A stretch of DNA of 64,000 nt from a virus. Made by a program: the position numbers and the translations under genes. Each line of letters begins with the position of its first letter. Positions within the stretch are counted from its first letter, which is position 1. Under the pieces are notes generated by a model. The model saw only the letters and a program-made list of their open reading frames with translations. It searched no databases and was not told the origin of the DNA. The stretch lies in the IMG/VR virus record IMGVR_UViG_3300022074_000024, positions 7,803-71,802 of that record; one strand, 5' to 3'. Below are positions 39,445 through 51,790 of the stretch, in pieces.

Positions 39445-42400
39445 CTAGCCAAGATCTTTTCTTAAAGCACCACTGTCTCTAAGTCCAAAATCTCTTCTCT
39501 GGATAGTTGGATAACTTGAAATACCAGAGTAATGTGTTTTACCTGTAACCCCTATGGATATAGGATTCGCAGACCTGTTAAAGTTTGTTAATCGACCCCA
39601 TGAGAATCCACCGATTGCAGTTCCAAGACCAACAGAAGTATCTATACCAGTAGTATTTACTCCAGTCATAATATTACATGTTATAATACCAACTCCTGCA
39701 TTAAATTCATCTACAAAATAGATGTTATCAACGCAAGTCGTTCCTGTAGAAACAACTGCACCATCACCATAAACAGAAGTTACACCATGTCCAACTTGAG
39801 TATCAAAGATATAGATTGGGTATCCAACCTTTAAATCAGTTAAGGTTGCACCTGGATTTCCAGAACCTGCTCCTAAATCTGCATTTAATTTAAATTCAAG
39901 TGCAAGAGGGTTTCCACCAACTCCATCAGTTACTGCTATACCAATAATATCACCATCAAATCCTTCAATTGTGGTTATTAAATCAACATCTTCTTTATTT
40001 AAAGATGGTGAAGGAGCAAGAACTTGAGGTGGTTTTGTTTGAGTATATCCAAAACCAGGATTAGTGATCGTAACTGTATTTAGACGACCACCAGATATTG
40101 AAACTGTAGCACTTGCTGTTGCCAATCCAACAGGTGGTGTGGTAGATGTAGTAATAGCATAATAATTATTTGTTGCAGGTGCTGCGATTGAAACAGTGAC
40201 TGCAGATCCAACGTAACCATTACCAGAATTTGTAATATCTAATGATTGGATTGTACCAGCAGCAGATACAATTGCTGTTAAACCAGCAGCAACTAAATCA
40301 GTTGATTCAATAATTAATCCACCAACTGCACCAACATTTATTGAACCAAAATCTTCCTCGTAGTTAAAGAATGATGCATTATCAAGATATAATATAGTGT
40401 CTCCAATACCAACATCGGATATAACTTTAGCAGTTGGATAAACTAATGGTTCAATTGAATCTCTTGTTTTAAATACCAATTCACCATTTATTTTCTTATC
40501 AATTTTTTGCTTAGACCAATTAAATGGTTTAAAGTTTCTTTCGTCAATACCAATACCATTATATAAATTTGTTTCAACTTCGTCTGAAGCATTAATACTA
40601 TAAATTACTCTTGATTCTTGCGTTGTTGTAATTCCTGAATTTTTTATTACCTGAACAGAATCACCAACTTTAATCGTGGGTGATACAGATGAACCTGCTG
40701 AAACTTGTACAGCATCTACTCCTTCTGTTCCTTTATAGAAGAATATATCTATTACATCTGATGCATCTGGTGGTTGTGCAAATGTAAATGATGTACCACC
40801 ATCAAATGTATATGCTTCACCAGGATTTTGAACTACTCCATTAATGAATATTAAAAGTAATGCATCAAGATTAATTAATGCAGATTCAGGATTATTTTCA
40901 TCTATCTCAAAACTAAGTAAATTGGAGTTATATATTATTGGGAATCTAGTTCTTGAACCATCTTGAAGATCTTTAATTGAATCTATAAAGTCAAACTGTC
41001 CAAAATTCCATGAGGAATATTGATCATTAAATGTTTCTAAAACAGTAAGATTAAAATCTGTCATGGTTGTAACACCAATAGCTGTTACTAATCCAACAGG
41101 TTTGAATACATCACCTACTTTAAAATTATATCCATTATTTTCTAATACAAAGTTAGTAACTGTAAATAAAGTTGAACCAATTCCAACTGTAGTGTTAGCA
41201 GCACCAACATCTATTGTTATGAGTGCGTCATTTCCAGTATCTGTGGTATTTCCAATACCTCTCCTAGAAACTCCAGTAACAGATAAATTAGAGTATGATG
41301 GTGATGAAACTTGAATTTGAGGTTTAACATAACCTGTTCCATTATTGTTAATTGTGAATGATAAAACTCCACCATCTCCTGCTACAGCAGAAATATCAGC
41401 ACTTGATCCATTGCCACTTAGATCAGTAACAGCAACTGATACAGGATTTCTATAACCAGAACCAAAAGTTAAATCATGAAGATATTCAAAAGCAGTTCCA
41501 GATCCAACATATGCATGACTTTGATTACTTGCACCTATACTTACACTGAATGTAGTTGCAGACAATATACCAGTTATTCCAAATGATCTATCGTTTGAAA
41601 TTGTTAGAGCAGGGTTAAATGTTAATCCATCTAATCTTACAAATTCGTTTATATTACCAAAATCATGATTACTTAAAGTTGTAACCTGTAGTTCACCAGT
41701 AATATTATTATATGATGCAGTGCTTATACCATATGAACTTCCTGTGGTTGCAACTCCTACCACACCTGCAATAGTACTTCCTCCTGCACCAACATTTGGT
41801 ACAACTTTTGCTCCAACTAATGGTGCAACTCCAAGTCCACCTGTTGAACCTAATGATACAATTACACCACCTCTTGGTAGTTGGTTTTGATTTACATCAC
41901 TATCACTTACAATCAAACTACCATTTGAAGAAGTAATTCCTGTGAATATCACATTTGTTGCTGTTCCACCTACTTCACTGAAGTTATAATTATTACCTAA
42001 ATTATTAAATGTTGTTGGAGTTTGGAATATACCATTTAAAAGTAAAATACTACTACCAGTATTGACTCCTACAGTATCTGCTCCTTCAACTTTGACCCTA
42101 TATGATTGATCAATTCCGTTGAAACTATCAGATATATCATCAAATATAATATTTTTTGTATAATCTTTTCTTAAGAAAACTCTACCATTAAATGTTGATC
42201 TTATAGGATCTAGATTTGATGGAGTTCTACCACTTTGATTTGTTCCTCTAGGTGCCTCCGTAAAATGAACTCTACTGTCAACAATATTATAACTTCCAGA
42301 ATATAATCTTGTTACGTCACTTGCACTATGATTAGTCGCAGCAGATCCAATATATCCTCGATTTACTTCAATTATATTAACATTGCCTGTTTCTGTTATA

Positions 42401-45400
42401 GGTCCTACAGATGTTGTTCCTAAACCAACATTTGTAATTTCCATATATTCTTCATTAATTTTTATTGTATCTCCTGTTGTTATTGAAGAAATACCTGCAA
42501 CACTGAATAAAGTTTGACTGTCTGTAATATTAAACTCTAAAGTAGTTGATATTGGAGTAAACGCAATAGGTGATTGTATAACTCCATCAATAGATATGAG
42601 TGCTTTTTCATTCTTTTTAGACATCTCAAATTCATGATAATTACCTGCACCAGCACTTGTAAATATTAATGATATACCAGCTAATGCGTCAGCACGAGTT
42701 TTTGCAACTTGGAATATGTCTTTATTCTTTGGTTTTTTAATTGCAAACAACTCAGTTCCTGATGCTAAAGTTCCACCTGCAGTTGCAATACCTGTAACTG
42801 TTGCACCAGTAAATGTAGAACCAGGTGAGTATATTATTTTTTCACCACTTTCAAAGAAATGATCAATAATAGTAAATTCTCCAGTTCCTAAATTTAAAGT
42901 TGTTGCTGGATTAAATTTTTTCTCAAATATTGGTATAGTATTGCTTTGTAATACAAAGTTTGTCTTATTAGATCTTGATCCATTAATTGCATCATATTGT
43001 GCAAGAGATAATGATTCAGTAACAGTTCCATATTGTAAATCAAGTGGAATATTTAATAAATCAATATCTGTATAGAATGCTTTACTTAAAACTTGAACTT
43101 GAACACTATTTGTTCCACCAGTATATTCTGGATCTGGATGAAAATTAAAGTTTAAATCATTTCCAACTAATGAAGATGAGAAAGTACCTATACCAGATGT
43201 ACTTCCAATTGATAAGAATGGATATTGAGTAGTATGAGTATCAGTTTCATTATGTGCTACTAATACTTGGTGTAATGCACTTGTTGAACCACTTGAAACC
43301 CTAACTATACTCTTAAAACTTGAAATCTCTTCATGTAAAAATGTTGATATAGTTGTAGCAGCAGATACATTTACATAATTTGATTCAAATCTAACAGTTT
43401 TTTCAGTTCCATCTATCTGACCTGTAGATTTAAATCTATATGTGCTTATTCCAGCAGCAGTTGTGCCAATACCAATAATAGATGATCTAACAAATACTTC
43501 ATTTGCCTCATCATTTTCAAAACTTAATGAAAATACTCCTGTTGATATTCCTGATGTAAAACTACCTATAAAATTAGATATAGCAGAATCCTCTGAATCG
43601 GTGAAAAATTCAGATAAGAATGTATTTGTACCATCATGAGTTGCATATAATTCGACAAAATTTGTTTCAGTTGTTGTAGGATCTTTTACTTCTGCAGATA
43701 CGAAAAATGCGTCTATATTTCCAGTGTTTCCAGAAATTATTTCTGAAGTAGATGCGGTAGATACTATTTTGTTACTACCTACTAAATTAACAAATCCAAT
43801 TGTTTGTGTTCCAATTCCAGATAGATCAGTGTTGAATGTATTTTGGAATATTTTAATATCATAATCGTTGTTATCAGCATCATCAGGTGTAAATATCAAA
43901 CTTATCAAACCTGCAGAATCCATTTGAAACTCAATATCACCTAAATCTGAGGCAGTATTATGAACAGATGTTTTTTCTGCTGTGAATACGTCATTTTCAT
44001 CTTTAAATAAAACAATATCAGATAATTGAATATTTTTATTAAATGGATTTCTTACTTGAATTAAATATTTTGCGTAATTTGTGTTTATTGGTATATCCAA
44101 AAACTTACTTAAAGTAGTTGATGTATTAGAGAATAAAGGACTAATATCATCTATCTCTAATACACGATTTGATCTACATTCAATATAAGGTGATAGTTTT
44201 GTATTTTTTAATTTTAAGAATTTTGATTTATTATTAACAGTGTCAATATCTAAAGCAAAATCAAAGTTATTAATTGTATCAACACGTTTTTGATCAATAA
44301 TATCAAGTGCTACTGTGTCAAGGAAGGTTGATGTTGTAATACCTGCACTGGTTGAAGATTGAATACCAACATCAGCAAAATTCTTTAGACCACTTGTATG
44401 TAAAAGTCTATTCACAGGATTTATTAAATCTTCAAATGTTATTGAACTTTTGACAGTATATGATAAATTTTGATAATAATTATTATCTGGTAGCACTTGA
44501 TAATCTTGATTTAGTTTTCCTATATCATTTCTCCATCCTTGATTTTCTTTTAAAGAATAATCAACTTTAAATTGTCCTGTATTCTCAGATATTTCATTTA
44601 TGGTAGCTATATTACCACTATTTGCTCCTCTTATTCTTTGACCTGCAGTTAAATCAAACGCACCAGGTTGATCTTCAACAATTTTTATAAATTCGTCAGT
44701 AGATTCTGATATTGATAATTCAACTGGAGTAAATGAATCTCCAATAAATGCAGATATTTTTTCACCAACTACAAAATTAAATATTTTTTGCGTAACTGAA
44801 AAGACTGGATAATCATCTTTACTAATAATTTGTGCAAATGAATTTTGATTTGTTTTTGCAATACCAGCATTACTCGTAAATGTTGATAAATCAAATTCAA
44901 CAGTCGCTGGATTATTATTCACCATCGAAGTGACTTTAAAGAATTTAAATCCGTTATCCTCAGAATTAAAACCATCACCTGTTGTTAAACTTGAATGTGT
45001 ATATTGTTGTATGCCTTCAACAAATATTTCTTCACCAACAGAGAACGGTGCAGTACTAAAACCTAATATAGGTGTGACTAAAGTACAAGTTACGATGCCT
45101 GTAGATGAATTAAATTCAACTGTTTTAATTGCTGCTCCATTACTATTATTAAGTGCAAATATTTCATGAGTAACTGATTGTAAACCTCTTGGTGGAACAG
45201 TAATTGATGCATCTACTATTGCACTTCCATTTATTGTTGCTTCAACTGATCCTGATGTATCTTGTAATCCAGTATCTGGATTCACAATTACTAAATCAGG
45301 TTCAGATGTGTAATTTTTTCCACCAGAAACAACTTCAACATTTGTTATTGTATTTGAATCTATTATTGACATAATAGGTGATACAAAAGCTTCTGGTTTG

Positions 45401-48400
45401 AGTGTATTATCCGAAGAATACTCAAAACCTGGATTTAATATCCTAACACTATTAACACGATTTATAGACTCAGAATCTGGCAGTAAACTAGCATTTACAC
45501 CTTGAGTCGATGCAATACTTACAAAAGATGGTAAACTTTTATATCCAATTCCACCATAATTTATTTTAACTTTATCAATAGATCCTGATGCATTTAAGGA
45601 CTTTGTAGTATAATTTAAAATATTTGTTTCACTTGATGTATATGATAATTGTTCAGGAACACTTTTTAATGATATTGAATATGATGTTGAACCAGATGAA
45701 ACATTAAAAATTTGATATTCATCACTATAAACACTATCAACATATTGTATACTTGAAGCATTTGGAACATCAATAAAATCTGATGTGCTTATAAAACCAC
45801 TTTTTGAAACATTATAAAACAACTTATTTGGATTATCTTCATTAAAGTTTAAAGTTATTGTTGCATCATCAATTTTGTTAATACTTGTTATTCCAATACC
45901 AACTGTTCCTATTCCACTCACTTGGAATGTATTAGTTGTTCCTGTAGATACAAATTCATTCTTAAACTGATCATCATGAAATATTTTAAATTCAAATCCC
46001 TCTAAGGAAGAATGTCCTACACCAAATACTAAATTATTATTTCTAACAACATTAATTTGAGGATTAACTAGAGAAAATTCATGATTACTACCAACTGAAG
46101 AAAATTCTAAAATTCTTATAGGTTGTAATAAATCATTAGGTGCTTCAGTTAATTTGAAGTTATTATCATCAACTTTAAATACAAAATAAGACTGTCCATT
46201 ATTTAAACCTTCTATTACATCGTTTGATGAATAATTTATCTTATCAAAAGTTTTAAAACCATGATTAATAATATTAATATTATTTGTTGTTGAATTTATA
46301 CCACTAGACGAACATGTTATAGGATTTATTAATACTCTAGAATTTAAAGCATCATATCTGACATCTATAAATGAACTAGTTCCAATACCAACTGATTTTT
46401 GAGGAATTAAATTTAAGTTTATTAAATCATTATCATCTAAATTATGAGAGGTTGATACTGATACTGTAGTGTGTATTCTTTGAAGAGTTCCTGTAACTTG
46501 GTCAAAATTACTTTCAATTGAATATTCAAAACTACTTGTTCCAACTTTAGTATCACCAACAAAAGATAATCCATTTGTATTTGTAGTTAATCCTACTTGA
46601 GTTACAATACCAATAAAATTATCAGATTTTTTAATAACAAATATATCTTGTGAATTAGATCCAGACTCTGGAATGTTAAACGTTGTAACACCATCATCAT
46701 CAGAGACTGTTAAAGCGTACCCTGCACTTGGTTTAGTCAATGTTACTTTTTGATTTGTTTCAAATGGGTGATTTAATAATCTTAAACTTTGTAAAGGTGT
46801 AGATACAACTTTTACAATATCTCCAAGAGTTGAAGTTGATGTAGAACCTAATCCAACAGCAGTTCCTACTCCTATTGATTCATGTGGATTAAAAAATACC
46901 TTATCATTTAAATTAGAATTAAAACTAACATTTTCAGCAGTTTCTAGTAACTCAAAAGTATTTGGTATCAATTCCAAAAGTGTACCAACAGTATGAACAC
47001 CTGAAGAAACTCCTCTTCTTACTCTTAATATATTATTAGAACCAAATTTATTAAGAACTAGTAATTTTTCAGTACCTATTCCAATACTACTACCCACTGA
47101 AATTTGATCTGGAATTTTTGAAAGGTATATATCAGTTACAATACCAGTTGTTGTAGAATTTGGAATTTCTTGATATACAATGCTTCTAGCTGTTTCAATT
47201 CCTAAAATTTGAGATCCATTTACATAATCAATAATTGTTGTGTTTATACCAGATATCACAACTCTATCACCATTATTAAGACTAGGTGATGTAGATATAA
47301 ATGCCGATATATTTCCTTTATTATTTTCAAAAAGCACAACATCATTAAATGTATCAACTGTAGTATCTAAAGAGGTAATATTTTTACCTTTTAAACTATC
47401 AACCACTACATTCAATCCACCACCATTTGTATTTGTATTATCAAATATTGCTGAATTTCCTATTCTATAGTTTTCTCCATCATTTACTATTTGTATAGAA
47501 TCTACAGATCCAAATGAGGTAGAATCAACAACACTAATTTGAGTGGATATCTCATTTGACTCTATTATAAAGTCATTATCAGCAAATTGATCTGAAACTT
47601 TATAAGGATAAGTATTTCTTATAAGATTTGAATTTTCAATATCAAAATCTTTTTGTGTTAATTTATAATTATCAATAACTGGATTTGATCTGTAAGTATC
47701 ACCAATAAAATATGGAAATTTGGGTTGTAATGATATTGAAGTAATGCCGACAAAATACGCATACGTTCCTTTTGGATATTCAGGTGTTCTACCATATCTT
47801 CCGTTATGGATGTCTAAGTCACCAACATTAGTAAAAACATAATCATCAATAAAGAATCCTGAACTAAATGTTGATGGTCTATCAATAATATTATTTGTAT
47901 CAAGTTCATATCCACAATCTAAACGTCTAATGGCAGAGTTTTCATCAGAGGGATCACTATATCCATATGGACCATAAATCGGATTACCATCATATGCCCA
48001 ACCAATTATAGGTGAGTGTTCTATACCATCATCACCAAATGCATCATTTCCAATTTGTGTAGAATAACCAACTAAGGTATATTTTAATTTTTCTTGTGAT
48101 TCAACTAATGCTTCACTTCCATATCTGTCAAAAGAGTTAGTGAATAAACTTCTTATTGATGTATCTACTTTTAATTCAGTTCCTGGTGGTTTAACTAAAA
48201 TAGATGTTGTATTTTCTTCATATTGTAATCCACCTTCTAATATGATAACATTTACAATCTTCCCATTTTCAACAACTGCTCTTAATTTAGCACCTATACC
48301 AGTGCCAATACCAACAACTTCTAAATCTGGTACAGTTTGATAATCTTGTCCTTTAGATTGAATTTCTACATAACTTATCTTACCATTTGAAATTATAGGT

Positions 48401-51400
48401 TTAAGTTCTGCATCTTTACCAAACTTTTTAGTAATACTTACGGGTTTCTCTAAATTTAAAATATCAGAACCATACCCACTTCCACTTTCATATAGATATA
48501 AGTCTTCAATTGAACCTCTGACAACAGGAGTTGCTGTTATAATACCAACATCTGTATTTGCTAATTCATATTTTAGATTTAATTTTATATCTGGATATTT
48601 GAAAACTTGGAAACCAGTTCCTTGATCTGAAAATTTTACATTATTCAATCTATTAAAGTTTTCAAAAGATGTTCCACCTAATCCTGCATTTGCCAATTGG
48701 AATGAGTTATCATCAATATAGAAAACTTTATAATAAGTTGATGTAGTACTAATCCCAGTATAAGTAGATAATCCTGTTATTGATTGAGGTTGAGTTGAAC
48801 CTAAACCAACATTTGTAGAATAAACAATATTATCACCATTATTAAATCCATGATTAATAAAATTAATTGTATGATTATTTGTATTAATTCCTATTGGTTT
48901 TACAAATAACTGTCTATTTTGATAATTATTACCACCATCTAGTACTTTAATATCTTTAAGTGTGTTTTCCTCTTTAAATAATTTAAATTTATGAACTCCA
49001 CCTTTATTAAAAGTAGTAAAACCAACAGTATTAATTCCAGTATTATAGTCATTAATATTTTGGAATAACTTAATAGTATTTGCATTAACAACTAAAGGAT
49101 AATATGTTGCACTATCTACTAAAGTTGTTGTTCCAAGTCCAACAACTGATATTCCATCATTTCCAACTGTACCCACACCTAAAGGATTATTTCCATTTTT
49201 ATCATAAATTAATGGTAATCCACTCGATATATGATGATCAGATAAAAAGGTTAAAGTTTCATTAACATTATCAATACCACCTGACTGTGAAATTAATCTT
49301 CCATCAAAAGATATTTCTCTTTTTCTTTTTGATAATATTGGTTCAAATACTGCACCAGATCCATTTCCTCCTTCAACAGTTACTGATAAAACTTTTTGTA
49401 TATCAAAATCTTGTGGATCTATCTGAATATCTGTTACTTCTCCAGTAACAACAGGTTGGACTAATGCTCTTGTGCCTCCAGTTGATGACAAAGATACTTC
49501 TAAAGTTGGAGGAACTAATACATCATAATTAGCACCACCATTTAATACTTTTACATCCTCTAATGGTCCAAAATATATTTTATCTTTAGATTTATAATTT
49601 AGTATTTCAACACCATTGATAAGAAGTCCTGTGGTTCCTGGCAGAGTTTTTTCATCACTAGAACTTATAATATTTGGTTCTAAGGGAAATTCCCTTAAAA
49701 TTTTCTGAGCACCTATCTTTTGATTTACAGTGCCAACTAATGAAAAAGTATGTGTTCCTGTGTTTGAAGGTAAAGACTCGAATTCTTCAAAATCTGCTAT
49801 TGGGATAAATGATCTAGATTTATATAAACGAATTTGATTTTTAGAACTTAAAACTTCTACAAAATATGGTCCTTCAACCAAACCTGGAATTATAGTGCCT
49901 TGAGCAGTATATATTATTTCATCACCAGTTATAAAATTTACATTTGATGAAAAAGATATTACACTATATTTTAATGTATTAGGATTATATCCTTGTAAAT
50001 CAATATTTCCAGTTGCATTTGGTAGAATCGATTGAGGTATAGATGCAGTAATTGTATAGGATGGTAAGGAATTAGACGCAACATACATATTCTCATTAGA
50101 ATCATTATATACATTGGTTGTATCTGCTGTTAGGACATTATTACCAAATTCAACATCAACCGTAGAACTACTTGCTGTTTTAATAGATCTTCTAATATCA
50201 TAATCTCTATTTGGGTCAACAGTGAATGATCCACCACTTACACTACTTAAAGGATCTAAGTCAATAGTCCTTGTAGACGAACTAACACTCTTAACAACTC
50301 CTGTTCCTGCTATATTTTCTTCATTTCTAAAAAGTATTTGAACTGCATCACCAACTTTAATACTTGATTTGTCAATATCTCTTGTAAATAATACAAAATT
50401 ATTTCCACTTATACTACTAACTTGAAATCTTGAAGATGTGTTATAAATCCACGAATTTGCAAATATTTGTTTTCTAGATTTATTTAAAAGTGGATCAATT
50501 ATCTTTTCACCAACATTTTTAACTGTTATTTTTTCACCTTCAGTTAATAATCTTATATCAGATGTTGGTTCAAACTCTGACAATACACCAGTTAATCTTA
50601 ACTCTACTTTTTTAGTTAAATCAGCATCTTCGTATCCATAATAAAATATATCAGATCTAATATCATCTGTTGTTGATATTGGTGACACAATATTTTCACA
50701 ATCAAAAAATTGATTTAAAGATTTACTACCATAGTAAATATTTGTGTTTATTCCTGATATTACAAATCCTGTCGCTGCAAAACCAACTGTGGAATCTACT
50801 GTTATAACACTTGAACCTATAGAAACATCAGTTATTGATTTTGTAATTCCTGGTATTGTGAAAGTTCCTTCTATAAGATCCCTATCATTAAAACCTACGA
50901 ATAAACCTAATTTATAATATGTTTTTCCTTTCCTAGTAAAAGGTTGTATTTCTGATACAGATGCTGCAATTGGAGCTCTTGTATTAATATCAGTAGATTT
51001 TATAATTGTTTGTCCAAGAAGTTTTGTAGGATCACCTACTATAGCTTCTGCAAGAACTATCTCTCTTCTAATATACTCTGCTGATGATGGTTTTATAAGA
51101 TATTCTTCTAAATCAATTACTTTAGGTGTTTCATTATATAAAACATTGAATAAAATTCTAAACGATTCTTCAGTTCCTTTTGATTGGTATAATGATTTTG
51201 AATTTTTTATAAAATTACTTACATCTAAATTATTAACAAAATCAACATTTTCTAATCCTGGTGTTAATGTTGTTTTTGTCTTTTTATAAAATTCTTTTAA
51301 AAATAATGCACTAAGATTTATGACTGTTGCATCTGTTTCATGATTTGTAGCAGTAGAGTCGGTAAATATAAGTTCATTAGGTTGATTTGTTGCATGATGT

Positions 51401-51789
51401 GTTGTAATACCACTAAACCCCCTGACACAACCAGTAAATGTATTGGTGGTTAATCCTGTATATGTAATTATTTCTTCATTAATTTTAAATAAACCATATT
51501 CTTTAGGAAAACCCTTGGTACTACTTACATTTACTGTGGTTGCAACTGTTGCAATACCACTTGTTAGTGTTGTTTCACCTACTATAACTTCTGGTGTTAA
51601 ATTATCTAATTTTATGTACTGATCTAAATTATCAGTCAGGTCAATCGGACCTCCTTGATATTCTTGGGAGATATAATACTGTTTTAAAAAATCTACTGCT
51701 TTTGGACTTTCAGATAGTAGAAATTCAGGAATTTGATTTTCAATTATCTGTTGGACTTTGACTCTCTTATCAATTCCAGTTGTTATCAT
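39445..51789 (-). CDS. gp7: Giant baseplate wedge initiator (4114 aa)
   Basis: FLKQYY, YQSKGTEES, HSPIIGWAYDGNPIYGPYG, YYQNLSY; between gp6 and gp8. Confidence 0.82.
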   Translation of the reverse strand: MITTGIDKRVKVQQIIENQIPEFLLSESPKAVDFLKQYYISQEYQGGPIDLTDNLDQYIKLDNLTPEVIVGETTLTSGIATVATTVNVSSTKGFPKEYGLFKINEEIITYTGLTTNTFTGCVRGFSGITTHHATNQPNELIFTDSTATNHETDATVINLSALFLKEFYKKTKTTLTPGLENVDFVNNLDVSNFIKNSKSLYQSKGTEESFRILFNVLYNETPKVIDLEEYLIKPSSAEYIRREIVLAEAIVGDPTKLLGQTIIKSTDINTRAPIAASVSEIQPFTRKGKTYYKLGLFVGFNDRDLIEGTFTIPGITKSITDVSIGSSVITVDSTVGFAATGFVISGINTNIYYGSKSLNQFFDCENIVSPISTTDDIRSDIFYYGYEDADLTKKVELRLTGVLSEFEPTSDIRLLTEGEKITVKNVGEKIIDPLLNKSRKQIFANSWIYNTSSRFQVSSISGNNFVLFTRDIDKSSIKVGDAVQILFRNEENIAGTGVVKSVSSSTRTIDLDPLSSVSGGSFTVDPNRDYDIRRSIKTASSSTVDVEFGNNVLTADTTNVYNDSNENMYVASNSLPSYTITASIPQSILPNATGNIDLQGYNPNTLKYSVISFSSNVNFITGDEIIYTAQGTIIPGLVEGPYFVEVLSSKNQIRLYKSRSFIPIADFEEFESLPSNTGTHTFSLVGTVNQKIGAQKILREFPLEPNIISSSDEKTLPGTTGLLINGVEILNYKSKDKIYFGPLEDVKVLNGGANYDVLVPPTLEVSLSSTGGTRALVQPVVTGEVTDIQIDPQDFDIQKVLSVTVEGGNGSGAVFEPILSKRKREISFDGRLISQSGGIDNVNETLTFLSDHHISSGLPLIYDKNGNNPLGVGTVGNDGISVVGLGTTTLVDSATYYPLVVNANTIKLFQNINDYNTGINTVGFTTFNKGGVHKFKLFKEENTLKDIKVLDGGNNYQNRQLFVKPIGINTNNHTINFINHGFNNGDNIVYSTNVGLGSTQPQSITGLSTYTGISTTSTYYKVFYIDDNSFQLANAGLGGTSFENFNRLNNVKFSDQGTGFQVFKYPDIKLNLKYELANTDVGIITATPVVRGSIEDLYLYESGSGYGSDILNLEKPVSITKKFGKDAELKPIISNGKISYVEIQSKGQDYQTVPDLEVVGIGTGIGAKLRAVVENGKIVNVIILEGGLQYEENTTSILVKPPGTELKVDTSIRSLFTNSFDRYGSEALVESQEKLKYTLVGYSTQIGNDAFGDDGIEHSPIIGWAYDGNPIYGPYGYSDPSDENSAIRRLDCGYELDTNNIIDRPSTFSSGFFIDDYVFTNVGDLDIHNGRYGRTPEYPKGTYAYFVGITSISLQPKFPYFIGDTYRSNPVIDNYKLTQKDFDIENSNLIRNTYPYKVSDQFADNDFIIESNEISTQISVVDSTSFGSVDSIQIVNDGENYRIGNSAIFDNTNTNGGGLNVVVDSLKGKNITSLDTTVDTFNDVVLFENNKGNISAFISTSPSLNNGDRVVISGINTTIIDYVNGSQILGIETARSIVYQEIPNSTTTGIVTDIYLSKIPDQISVGSSIGIGTEKLLVLNKFGSNNILRVRRGVSSGVHTVGTLLELIPNTFELLETAENVSFNSNLNDKVFFNPHESIGVGTAVGLGSTSTSTLGDIVKVVSTPLQSLRLLNHPFETNQKVTLTKPSAGYALTVSDDDGVTTFNIPESGSNSQDIFVIKKSDNFIGIVTQVGLTTNTNGLSFVGDTKVGTSSFEYSIESNFDQVTGTLQRIHTTVSVSTSHNLDDNDLINLNLIPQKSVGIGTSSFIDVRYDALNSRVLINPITCSSSGINSTTNNINIINHGFKTFDKINYSSNDVIEGLNNGQSYFVFKVDDNNFKLTEAPNDLLQPIRILEFSSVGSNHEFSLVNPQINVVRNNNLVFGVGHSSLEGFEFKIFHDDQFKNEFVSTGTTNTFQVSGIGTVGIGITSINKIDDATITLNFNEDNPNKLFYNVSKSGFISTSDFIDVPNASSIQYVDSVYSDEYQIFNVSSGSTSYSISLKSVPEQLSYTSSETNILNYTTKSLNASGSIDKVKINYGGIGYKSLPSFVSIASTQGVNASLLPDSESINRVNSVRILNPGFEYSSDNTLKPEAFVSPIMSIIDSNTITNVEVVSGGKNYTSEPDLVIVNPDTGLQDTSGSVEATINGSAIVDASITVPPRGLQSVTHEIFALNNSNGAAIKTVEFNSSTGIVTCTLVTPILGFSTAPFSVGEEIFVEGIQQYTHSSLTTGDGFNSEDNGFKFFKVTSMVNNNPATVEFDLSTFTSNAGIAKTNQNSFAQIISKDDYPVFSVTQKIFNFVVGEKISAFIGDSFTPVELSISESTDEFIKIVEDQPGAFDLTAGQRIRGANSGNIATINEISENTGQFKVDYSLKENQGWRNDIGKLNQDYQVLPDNNYYQNLSYTVKSSITFEDLINPVNRLLHTSGLKNFADVGIQSSTSAGITTSTFLDTVALDIIDQKRVDTINNFDFALDIDTVNNKSKFLKLKNTKLSPYIECRSNRVLEIDDISPLFSNTSTTLSKFLDIPINTNYAKYLIQVRNPFNKNIQLSDIVLFKDENDVFTAEKTSVHNTASDLGDIEFQMDSAGLISLIFTPDDADNNDYDIKIFQNTFNTDLSGIGTQTIGFVNLVGSNKIVSTASTSEIISGNTGNIDAFFVSAEVKDPTTTETNFVELYATHDGTNTFLSEFFTDSEDSAISNFIGSFTSGISTGVFSLSFENDEANEVFVRSSIIGIGTTAAGISTYRFKSTGQIDGTEKTVRFESNYVNVSAATTISTFLHEEISSFKSIVRVSSGSTSALHQVLVAHNETDTHTTQYPFLSIGSTSGIGTFSSSLVGNDLNFNFHPDPEYTGGTNSVQVQVLSKAFYTDIDLLNIPLDLQYGTVTESLSLAQYDAINGSRSNKTNFVLQSNTIPIFEKKFNPATTLNLGTGEFTIIDHFFESGEKIIYSPGSTFTGATVTGIATAGGTLASGTELFAIKKPKNKDIFQVAKTRADALAGISLIFTSAGAGNYHEFEMSKKNEKALISIDGVIQSPIAFTPISTTLEFNITDSQTLFSVAGISSITTGDTIKINEEYMEITNVGLGTTSVGPITETGNVNIIEVNRGYIGSAATNHSASDVTRLYSGSYNIVDSRVHFTEAPRGTNQSGRTPSNLDPIRSTFNGRVFLRKDYTKNIIFDDISDSFNGIDQSYRVKVEGADTVGVNTGSSILLLNGIFQTPTTFNNLGNNYNFSEVGGTATNVIFTGITSSNGSLIVSDSDVNQNQLPRGGVIVSLGSTGGLGVAPLVGAKVVPNVGAGGSTIAGVVGVATTGSSYGISTASYNNITGELQVTTLSNHDFGNINEFVRLDGLTFNPALTISNDRSFGITGILSATTFSVSIGASNQSHAYVGSGTAFEYLHDLTFGSGYRNPVSVAVTDLSGNGSSADISAVAGDGGVLSFTINNNGTGYVKPQIQVSSPSYSNLSVTGVSRRGIGNTTDTGNDALITIDVGAANTTVGIGSTLFTVTNFVLENNGYNFKVGDVFKPVGLVTAIGVTTMTDFNLTVLETFNDQYSSWNFGQFDFIDSIKDLQDGSRTRFPIIYNSNLLSFEIDENNPESALINLDALLLIFINGVVQNPGEAYTFDGGTSFTFAQPPDASDVIDIFFYKGTEGVDAVQVSAGSSVSPTIKVGDSVQVIKNSGITTTQESRVIYSINASDEVETNLYNGIGIDERNFKPFNWSKQKIDKKINGELVFKTRDSIEPLVYPTAKVISDVGIGDTILYLDNASFFNYEEDFGSINVGAVGGLIIESTDLVAAGLTAIVSAAGTIQSLDITNSGNGYVGSAVTVSIAAPATNNYYAITTSTTPPVGLATASATVSISGGRLNTVTITNPGFGYTQTKPPQVLAPSPSLNKEDVDLITTIEGFDGDIIGIAVTDGVGGNPLALEFKLNADLGAGSGNPGATLTDLKVGYPIYIFDTQVGHGVTSVYGDGAVVSTGTTCVDNIYFVDEFNAGVGIITCNIMTGVNTTGIDTSVGLGTAIGGFSWGRLTNFNRSANPISIGVTGKTHYSGISSYPTIQRRDFGLRDSGALRKDLG

Positions 51790-51790
51790 A